The notes beneath the pieces are model-generated. The model did no database searches. It was not told where the DNA came from and saw only the letters and a program-made list of their open reading frames with translations. A stretch of DNA of 64,000 nucleotides. It comes from Macrostomum lignano (lineage: Eukaryota). Positions 42,701 through 52,100 of the stretch are shown here, piece after piece (position 1 is the first letter of the stretch; each line of letters starts with the position of its first letter). Location: contig NIVC01000978.1 in the NCBI GenBank assembly GCA_002269645.1, positions 62,001 through 126,000 on the forward strand, written 5' to 3'. The position numbers and the translations under genes are program-made.

Positions 42701-45137
42701 GCGGCTGTCCATGCGTATCCTCATGGACGCGGGTGGACGCCGGTGGCTATGTCCTCATACAACTAGCTGCAACTTCTAGTGCTATCGATTCTCAGAAAGT
42801 TTATTCGTCACGTCACTTCTAGGTACACAGTTTCTAAGTAAAGGTTAAAGTGAGATGACTCAAATCAATCCAGAAGAGCAATGGTGAAGATTTTTCCTCC
42901 ATTTAAGTTCGTATCGTGTGAGCGACTCACATTGCCAGTAGAGAAATTGGCTGCCCCAGCTGAGTTGGGAATGGCAGCGCTCTGAATCTGAGTCTGATAT
43001 TTGTCGTAGTCGCTCACTACAGTGGCGCTGGAAAGAAAGGTTTATTGCATTATTTAGCAAGGAGTATGCAGATAGTTAATTATTACTTGTAATCAATAGT
43101 TATTAACACTCACGAGAACATTATGGGGCCTTCGTTGGTAGTAGGAGCGGTCCAAGTGCACGTGACCGAGCTGTACATGTCGTCGTCTCCCGTCGAGTGC
43201 GCGACGCAGTTGTTTTCCTGAAAGTTTTATAGTTAAAACGGCCCTTTTAAGGGTTTTCCATTGACTTGTCATCAAAAGCGATGCAGTTCGCCTCACCCCG
43301 CCTGGCGCGTACACAGAGAAGTATCTTGGCGGGGCAGTCATGCCGGCGGAGGTTGAACAGGCGAAGCTGCCCAGCAGGGGGCCGAGGTTGTTGTTAGTAT
43401 AGCCGTTCGATGCTCGAACTGCTTTCATTACAAAGCCGGCGAATTTCGTTGAGCCAGAGGCTCCGGCCAGGGTCACTGCGAAACAGTTTTATAAGCAGCT
43501 AATTAGTTAATACGATCACAAGATCATGTCGTAGGGGGACCGTAGCCCAGCGGTAGCGCAGCTGCTCTGGTGTGCCAGCGACCCAGGCTCGATTCCAAGT
43601 GCAGTCACATTAATTTGGGGCTGAATTGGAATCTCGGCTTGGCTCTGCTCGTGCAATTAACGGCCTTGAGAGCCAACCCCCCAAGGCGCACTGAAGTGTA
43701 CATGCCTAACGATAATATAAAGTTAGGGCCGCTGTACACTCCTGTGTGAGTGTGTGCCTGCGTACGTATCCGCGCGCTTGTATGCCTGCTCAGGGGAGTC
43801 GGCGGAATGGGCAGTAATGCCTCTCGCCGGTTGTGTGCCTATGTCGCTTAAAGTGCGCCAGGGTGCACACAACCCCCCACCTCTAATAAAAATAATAAAA
43901 TAAGATCATGTCGTACCTGGTGAGATTGAGCACTGCATAATGGATAGCTAAATAAGCGCGAATGACATTAGCGCGCATGAGTATTTTTACAGTATCTGAC
44001 ATAAGCGCCCAAACGACGAGCAGTGACAAAAGAGTGCAGACAATTTTGATACCAATAAAGGCACGAACCAACATCTGCACAATCAGCCACAACACAATTT
44101 CTCCCGTGGTTGCAGGTATTCTTCGTATATTAAGAACCACAAAAGATGTACATCACATGACTGACTAGCGCCCCTATGTTTTAGACCCGTAGCCTCGAGA
44201 ATATTCTGCATTCACTTGAACTGTACTCCACTTGAGGGGAGGGGCTAAATCATCAAGACACGCATGAAACATCCATCAATCACCCGAGCTCAAGTTGCAT
44301 TTAGATACGCGCCTGCCGCCTGTGCCAGACCAAGGACTACTTAATTGTAAGAAGGACGGGAAACCTCTTTAGGATAAAAATTAGGATAAAAATTAATATA
44401 GACTCCTACGCGTAATTTTCTGAACGAGAAAGCTTTATGAATATCGATAAGACCTAAGAAAGGCGCAACACATATCAAAAAATGAAAATTGGGCCTGCCT
44501 CCTATCGAAAGCAATAACCATGTTTGTGCTGAAAAATGTAAACTTCCTATCTCCGTAGTGTCTCTTTTTCGGAAAAATCTTCCTACTCAAATTTTATAAG
44601 AAACGAGTTTCCCCTCGAGGACTACTTGTGGACTACTTGAGTAGTCCTTGTGCCAGATACGTACATTTAAAATGCGCTCTTGCACCGGAGTCAAGCAGTT
44701 TGTGTCATTCACGCTTAATCATGCGTCCCCTACAAAAAGCCAATATTTACCTGTCAAAGTGCCGCCCGCACTCCAAGTTGTCGAACCGACGGTGATGGCA
44801 AACTGAGCTTTGCCAGCGACGCCCGGGTACAAGTCGGTGGCGCCCGCTTTCTTAGTTTTGGTGTGGAACGGCTGCTGGTTGAGGCACGCGGCTGCCGGGG
44901 GTCCCATCGGGTAGGCTGCAGCGAGAGAAAGGGGATTAACAACGTTTGTGTACGAGCTAGGGCCTGAGAGCTTCAAAAAAGCAACCTACATGCATGTGCC
45001 TTATATGCCTGTCTACCCTATCTTACTTCCTGACATAATAATAGTAATAATAATAATAATAACTAACCATCAACCAAGATGGCCGCTAGCAGAGCCGCAA
45101 AGATGGAAAACGAACTAACAGCATTCAGATTCTTCAT
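36720..45137 (-). CDS. FRRS1: Reeler-DOMON-cytochrome b561 protein (ferric-chelate reductase 1/SDR2-like), paralog B, 12 exons, 657 aa
   Basis: Exons: 45137-45068, 44915-44751, 43475-43297, 43217-43114, 43027-42931, 42278-42075, 40622-40521, 39534-39306, 39221-39102, 38944-38588, 38324-38193, 36934-36720. 1974 nt, with the same intron positions and phases as paralog A. Signal peptide [24 protein letters not shown]; [10 protein letters not shown]; GDSTEM; LGKH; same four b561 histidines; ends AFWAGLWMH*. Confidence 0.9.
37045..38158 (+). mobile_element. Decayed 3' part of an RNase H-containing non-LTR retrotransposon (I/R1/Tad-type ORF2) in intron 11 of paralog B
   Basis: Across frameshifts and stops it reads [48 protein letters not shown] (RNase H motifs), then a C-x2-C-x8-H-x3-C knuckle ([20 protein letters not shown]). 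Absent from paralog A. Confidence 0.85.
39700..40290 (+). mobile_element. RTE-clade LINE 3' remnant interrupted by a 330-bp insertion
   Basis: Joining 39794 to 40137 restores one frame: [41 protein letters not shown], similar to the RRL.(F/W)AGH..R....RRRGRP C-terminus of RTE-type ORF2. Confidence 0.7.
39795..40124 (-). mobile_element. Retroposed 330-bp insert with 12-bp TSD nested in the RTE remnant
   Basis: TSD gctgctgacgct at 39783-39794 and 40125-40136. The minus-strand 3' end reads CCAAAAACAATAAA. Confidence 0.75.
41285..41940. repeat. 24-bp minisatellite (atggctggaattgagtccctatcc), paralog B intron 6
   Basis: About 27 units; absent from paralog A. Confidence 0.95.
42327..42456. mobile_element. 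130-bp MITE-like element with perfect 36-bp inverted repeats
   Basis: 42327-42362 is the exact reverse complement of 42421-42456, with a 58-nt spacer. No clean TSD. Confidence 0.75.
42500..42710 (+). mobile_element. SINE family 1, degenerate copy
   Basis: Contains ttagagcgtcg, tttgtgtccttgag..aagacacttaactc..tgcttcagttcacccagct, cagtccttggactgaacagccgta and gcgcaatagctgcggctg. Confidence 0.8.
43534..43901 (+). mobile_element. tRNA-headed SINE (family 2), full length with perfect 14-bp TSD
   Basis: Head GGGGGACCGTAGCCCAGCGG..GGCTCGATTCC, A-rich tail (taataaaaataataaaat), TSD aagatcatgtcgta at 43520-43533 and 43902-43915. Confidence 0.88.
44331..44650. mobile_element. hAT-like MITE, 320 bp, in intron 2 of paralog B
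   Basis: 14-bp TIR caaggactacttaa / ttgagtagtccttg (1 mismatch); 8-bp TSD tgccagac 44323-44330 / tgccagat 44651-44658. Confidence 0.8.
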
Positions 45138-46215
45138 CTTGGCTGGCTGGCTTGAAACAAACTGGCGAATGCGCGCAAATTAAAATTACGAGCTCGGTAT
45201 TAGTAGCGAGTACTAGCTAATTGCGAAATTCGGACACAATTGAAAAACTGCCTACGTTGCGTCTACGTAGGTGGAGATGCCTTGTCGCCTAAATAGAGAA
45301 TTTTGTGTCTGAGCCTTAATGAAAGTCGAAATTTCTACATATTTATAGAACAAAGAATGGGCAGTTGGGGTTTGGCGTTTTTTTGGCAGAAACGTGCTAC
45401 CATGCAGTCTTAGAGAAGGCCAACTGCCACCATTGGCCCGCCAAGCCAATTTACTGGCAACTGCAGGGCACCGTTGTCACAGCAAGGCACGTCAAACAAC
45501 CCCCCCCAAAACATTGGCATTCTCCGAGCGTACCCCCAGGCTCTGCATGACTCATCGTGTAAACTTTAAAGCTGAGTGCAGTCGCATTAATCCATTCTCA
45601 CGCATCTTTTATCGCCTCAACTGTCGTGTACTTTAGTCAAGTCCATGTGAAAGCATTAAATGTGAAAATGACAATCTTTCCCATTGTTTTAATGTCGCAA
45701 CGTGAATTTCTTTTAATTTACTTATCAACATGGATACATAATTAGCTAATTTCATTGGACAAATACTAGCGTAATTAAGTAATGTAATAATTAGTAGCAG
45801 TAATAATACTGCATCACTTATAGTTATAAGGTCCAGTTCTAGTACATTAATTTAGGCTTTGACGCCGCAATAGCAGTTTGCTATGAAATTAATCCAACCT
45901 AGAGAAAAATCTATTTCGGAATACGACTCGTAGCTTAGTAGTATGTACAACTCGTCAGTTTTTTGTTTGAGTTTGAAAAGAAACTAATTTTGCCTATAAA
46001 TATGGCAACTGCTTGTAAATAATTCTCAAGATAATCAAAACGGCCGTGCCACTTGCACAACAGTTCAACGTGGCCAGCTGATACAATTTGCACAAATGGC
46101 GATACCGTGCGGATGATAAACGAACTCATTTTCACACCTGCATGCAATTTCTGCGCAAGTTGTTATATAGCCTATATTTAATTGAATATAATTTACATGT
46201 TCATTGCTCAGTCAT

Positions 46216-46515
46216 CACCGAGGCCAGGCCAATCAGCTTCGGCCCCAGCAGCTGGGCCAGCCGGCATCTGCAGGAACAGGTAGCCAAAGAAGCGTCTGCG
46301 GGTTTATTCAGCGGCTTCAGCTTGCACACCAGGGTGATGCTTATGTTGACGCGCTGCAGGTGTGTGTGTACACTAGAATCAGACAAGGACCACTAGCATA
46401 TATCTAGTTAAGTAGTCCTTGGAATCAGAGTGCCAAGAAAGACAACGGCTGCCATTAGGGAGCGATAGGACAGCAACAGCGGCGCCTTAGTCTCCGGGGA
46501 CTCCAATGAGCTGAC
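46216..46515 (-). pseudogene. Decayed duplicate of SLC17 exon 1
   Basis: Aligns by eye to 55007-55430 (shared stretches aggccaggcc, aacaggtagccaaagaa, atgttgacgcgc, gaatcagagtgccaagaaagacaacggctgcc, cgataggacagcaacag). It has several deletions including the ATG region and about 165 nt of the luminal loop, a (GT)n insertion and a 38-bp TIR element. No remnants of exons 2-5 were seen. Confidence 0.88.
46384..46421. mobile_element. 38-bp hAT-like mini element of the same family
   Basis: caaggaccac..ttaagtagtccttg flanked by a perfect 8-bp TSD gaatcaga (46376-46383 / 46422-46429). The empty site is visible in the functional SLC17 exon 1. Confidence 0.85.
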
Positions 46516-46714
46516 TGAGTGCTGTTACGCTCGAGCCAAGGCCTAAACGAATGCCAGTTACTTTAACAAACAAATAACTGCTCATGTAATGTAAGAACAA
46601 GTAGCTCATGTACCCATTACCCAATGAGATAAATCTCAACTAAGTGCTTCAATGACTCTCAAACCAGCCACCAACACCCATTCTGTTTCTGGCATCGCGA
46701 AAAACCCCAAACCC

Positions 46715-46930
46715 CCACTCTGTGCCCCGCCTCACGCAAGCCCCCAACCCTCATTCTGTGCCCGCCTCACGCAAGCCCCCTACCCTCACTCTGTGCCCCG
46801 CCTCGCGCAAGCCCCCAACCCTCATTCTGTGCCCCGCCTCACGCAAGCCCACAACCCTCACTCTGTGCCCCGCCTCGCGCAAGCTCCCAACCCTCATTCT
46901 GTGCCCCGCCTCACGCAAGCCCACAACCCC
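46715..46930. repeat. 36-bp C-rich tandem repeat, about 6 copies
   Basis: Unit ctgtgccccgcctcacgcaagcccccaaccctcatt. Confidence 0.9.
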
Positions 46931-48126
46931 CTTTTTTATCTATGCGATTTAACGTTTTTAATTAGGAACTTGTTTTTAACTAATTAAATAATTTAAGTAA
47001 ATAGGGTACCTATACTTTAACATACAAAGTAACAGCACTTAGTGACAATCAGATTTAATTTTTATCTGTTGGAAGGCATTATCCTAAAGAAATTGCATTT
47101 TATTAACGGATAATAGAGTTTAAAACCAAAAAAATTAAAAATCAACAATGCTTTTGAAAACAAAAGATCGGTCAAATTAGCAACAGAAAAAAACAAGTTT
47201 AGGGTTGAAACTTTCTTCAAAACTACAAAATGTACAGTTACGCCGATTTGCATTGATAAAGCTGCATCAAGAGGGTTAGTTAATTGGGAAAACCATAATT
47301 ATTAACAATTTTTGGTTCAGACCAAGAGCACACAATAGAAATCAATCCACAAAATATTCTAAAAAAGCGAATCACTTTAAGAATCGATTTCTCAGTACAA
47401 AGATGAGGAAAAAGTTCGGTGTTGCAGCAATTCAGTGCTTTAATTCTGCCGCAAAGAAGGCAAAAAGTACCGCGGTAAAGCTTTAAAGAAATGACAAAAC
47501 ACAGATGCAAAAATATGCAAAATAGCACTAGAAATCAAACACATTGCTTGGGTCGTTCGGAATTCTGCGAATTTTCTAATGATTGAAAATGTTCGGGTTG
47601 ACCTTTTGACCTTAGCCAAAATCCCGAATGACTCAAGATAAAAATATCAGATAAAATGACCAAAAGGCAGTAATTAACGACCAAAAAATACCGGACAATC
47701 CAAAGTCTGTAAAAAGTAAAAAAATAGCCTCAGGATTGTCCAGTGGGCGCGTTATGTTTGGCTAAAAAATAATGAGTGCCATATTAGCACTGACGCACTA
47801 CTGTAAGTAAAACAGGAAGATTTCAAGCGCATCTTTTTACAAGAAAAAACGCAAAGGTCAGAAAAATCAGTTTGTCAGTCAGTTAGAAAATAGTTTAAGA
47901 AACCGAAATTATGGAAAAATTAATTATGACGGTAGCACTTTGAAAACACCGCAGATAGGGGGAAATATACGCTACTTAAAGTAGGACAGTAATAGCAATT
48001 TAAAAGAAATAAAGAATTAACTCTTGGAACTAATCGTTTCCTTTTGAATACCTTCTCTAATACGAAGTATGGCAATTAGGGAGTTATGAAACAATAAGAT
48101 TTCGATAGTTTAGGAATATAAAAGGA

Positions 48127-48985
48127 TTGGGACCTGCAATCGGGATTCAGGACAAGGGATCATTTGGGATCATTGGGACCTGCGGTCGGGATTCAGGACA
48201 AGGGATCATTTGGGATCATTGGGACCTGCGGTCGGGATTCAGGACAAGGGATTATTTGGGAGCATTGGGACCTGCGGTCGGGATTCAGGACAAGGGATTA
48301 TTTGGGAGCATTGGGACCTGCGGTCGGGATTCAGGACAAGGGATCATTTGGGAGCATTGGGACCTGCGGTCGGGATTCAGGACAAGGGATCATTTGGGAT
48401 CATTGGGACCTGCGGTCGGGATTCAGGACAAGGGATAATTTGGGATCATTGGGACCTGCGGTCGGGATTCAGGACAAGGGATTATTTGGGATCATTGGGA
48501 CCTGCGGTCGGGATTCAGGACAAGGGATAATTTGAGATCATTGGGACCTGCGGTCGGGATTCAGGACAAGGGATCATTTGGGATCATTGGGACCTGCGGT
48601 CGGGATTCAGGACAAGGGATTATTTGGGAGCATTGGGGCCTGCGGTCGGGATTCAGGACAAGGGATCATTTGGGATCATTGGGACCTGCGGTCGGGATTC
48701 AGGACAAGGGATCATTTGGGATCATTGGGACCTGCGGTCGGGATTCAGGACAAGGGATCATTTGGGATCATTGGGACCTGCGGTCGGGATTCAGGACAAG
48801 GGATTATTTGGGATCATTGGGACCTGCGGTCGGGATTCAGGACAAGGGATCATTTGGGATCATTGGGACCTGCGGTCGGGATTCAGGACAAGGGATCATT
48901 TGGGATCATTGGGACCTGCGGTCGGGATTCAGGACAAGGGATCATTTGGGATCATTAGGCCTGGGGTCGGGATTCAGGACATTAA
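48127..48985. repeat. 46-bp minisatellite, about 18 units, just 3' of the SLC17 stop codon
   Basis: Unit ttgggacctgcggtcgggattcaggacaagggatcatttgggatca. Confidence 0.96.
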
Positions 48986-49122
48986 GCCGACTTAGGAAAA
49001 CAAAGAAATCAGGAATTAAGGGATAAGAATAAAAGCCAGATTTCAAGCAACTGAGTTTCTAAGTATTAATCATAAATCATAACCAATGAAAATGCTGAAA
49101 TTCCCAAAAACCCCAGGGCAGT

Positions 49123-52100
49123 TTAAACAGCATTGGCCGGCCCGTTGCCAGCTGAGACCGGAGGCAGCAGCACCAGCGCGACGCCATCTTCTCCAATGGC
49201 CTTCTTTTCAGTCTGCTTGTCGCCCGCTGGCTTGTCGGCCACCGCCGCCCAGGGCTGCAGCTCGCCTTGGCCGAAGGCGGCGTAGAAGAGAGAGCCAAAC
49301 CAGTACACGGTCGAGGTGATGAGGAACACGCGGAGCCACTCAGACTGGCTGCCGGAGCGCACCACGGCGGCCACCACGTTGGGAGCGATGAGACCGGTGA
49401 GGGCCGCCACCGTGTTGCTGACGCCGAACAGCACACCCGCGTACCTGGGCGACGGATGGGGATTCGGCATTGAAATGCTTCAAGGGATTTCAGGTTGAGC
49501 TGACTTTCTCAAGACAGTTTTTAAAGACACCGATTTTGGCACTCTAAAGACACCGATTTGGGCAATCTAAAGACACCGATTTGGGCAATCTAAAGACACC
49601 GATTTGGGCAATCTAAAGACACCGATTTGGGCAATCTAAAGACACCGATTTGAGCAATCTAAAGACACCGATTTGGGCAATCTAAAGACACCGATTTGGG
49701 CAATCTAAAGACACCGATTTGGGCAATCTAAAGACACCGATTTGAGCAATCTAAAGACACCGATTTGGGCAATCTAAAGACACCGATTTGGGCAATCTAA
49801 AGACACCGATTTGGGCAATCTAAAGATACCGATTTGGGCAATCTAAAGACACCGATTTGGGCAATCTAAAGACACCGATTTGGGCAATCTAAAGACACCG
49901 ATTTGGGCAATCTAAAGACACCGATTTGGGCAATCTAAAGACACCGATTTGGGCAATCTAAAGACACAAATTTAGGCAATCTAAAGACATCGATTTGGGC
50001 AATCTAAAGACACTGATTTGAGCAATCTAAAGACACCGATTTGGGCAATCTAAAGACACCGATTTGGGCAATCTAAAGACACCGATTTGAGCAATCTAAA
50101 TACACTGATTTGGGCAATCTAAAGACACCGATTTGGGCAATCTAAAGACACAAATTTAGGCAATCTAAAGACACCGATTTAGGCAATCTAAAGACACCGA
50201 TTTGGGCAATCTAAAGACACCGATTTGAGCAATCTAAAGACACCGATTTGGGCAATCTAAAGACACCGATTTGAGCAATCTAAAGACACCGATTTGGGCA
50301 ATCTAAAGACACCGATTTGGGCAATCTAAAGACACCGATTTGAGCAATCTAAAGACACCGATTTGAGCAATCTAAAGACACCGATTTGGGCAATCTAAAG
50401 ACACCGATTTGGGCAATCTAAAGACACAAATTTAGGCAATCTAAAGACACCGATTTGGGCAATCTAAAGACACCGATTTAGGCAATCTAAAGACACCGAT
50501 TTGAGCAATCTAAATACACTGATTTGGGCAATCTAAAGATACTAATTTAGACAATCTAAAGACACCAATTTAGGCAATCTAAAGACACCGATTTGAGCAA
50601 TCTAAAGACACCGATTTGAGCAATCTAAAGAAACTGATTTGAGCAATCTAAAGACACCGATTTGAGCAATCTAAAGACACCGATTTAGGCAATCTAAAGA
50701 CACCGATTTGGGCAATCTAAAGACACCGATTTGAGCAATCTAAAGACACCGATTTGAGCAATCTAAAGAAACTGATTTGAGCAATCTAAAGACACCGATT
50801 TGAGCAATCTAAAGACACCGATTTAGGCAATCTAAAGACACCGATTTGGGCAATCTAAAGACACCGATTTGGGCAATCTAAAGACACCGATTTGAGCAAT
50901 CTAAAGACACCGATTTGAGCAATCTAAAGAAACTGATTTGAGCAATCTAAAGACACCGATTTGAGCAATCTAAAGACACCGATTTAGGCAATCTAAAGAT
51001 ACCGATTTGGGCAATCTAAAGACACCGATTTGAGCAATCTAAAGAAACTGATTTGAGCAATCTAAAGACACCGATTTGAGCAATCTAAAGACACCGATTT
51101 GGGCAATCTAAAGACACCGATTTGAGCAATCTAAAGACACTGATTTGGGCAATCTAAAGACACCGATTTGGGCAATCTAAAGACACCGATTTGGGCAATC
51201 TAAAGACACCGATTTGAGCAATCTAAAGACACCGATTTGAGCAATCTAAAGAAATTGATTTGAGCAATCTAAAGACACCGATTTGAGCAATCTAAAGACA
51301 CCGATTTAGGCAATCTAAAGACACCGATTTGGGCAATCTAAAGACACCGATTTGGGCAATCTAAAGACACCGATTTGAGCAATCTAAAGACACCGATTTG
51401 AGCAATCTAAAGAAACTGATTTGAGCAATCTAAAGACACCGATTTGAGCAATCTAAAGACACCGATTTAGGCAATCTAAAGACACCGATTTGGGCAATCT
51501 AAAGACACCGATTTGAGCAATCTAAAGAAACTGATTTGAGCAATCTAAAGACACCGATTTGAGCAATCTAAAGACACCGATTTGGGCAATCTAAAGACAC
51601 CGATTTGAGCAATCTAAAGACACTGATTTGAGCAATCTAAAGACACCGATTTGGGCAATCTAAAGACACCGATTTGGGCAATCTAAAGACACCGATTTGG
51701 GCAATCTAAAGACACCGATTTGAGCAATCTAAAGACACCGATTTGAGCAATCTAAAGAAATTGATTTGAGCAATCTAAAGACACCGATTTAGGCAATCTA
51801 AAGACACCGATTTGGGCAATCTAAAGACACCAATTTAGGCAATATTTCGTGTCCAAGTAACTTAATATTGAAGTTTTATCGACTCAAACATAAACTGAAT
51901 AGCTGCTCACCTGGGAGCTATATCCACGTGATTGATGAGGAATCCTGAGAAGGCGGCACCCTTGAACGTGATGCCAATCACTAGCATTGCGATGCCCAGT
52001 GCGTAGGCATCGCAGCCGATGAAGCCAAGGGAGATGATGATGCTGCCCGGTCCGCCCATGCTCAGCACGGACATCAGCTTGCGGGTGTTGCGGGTGCTCA

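Noticed and set aside
48127-51845. Possible CRISPR-like arrays (46-bp and 23-bp repeats)
   Set aside because: Units are head-to-tail with no unique spacers, the context is eukaryotic and there are no cas genes.
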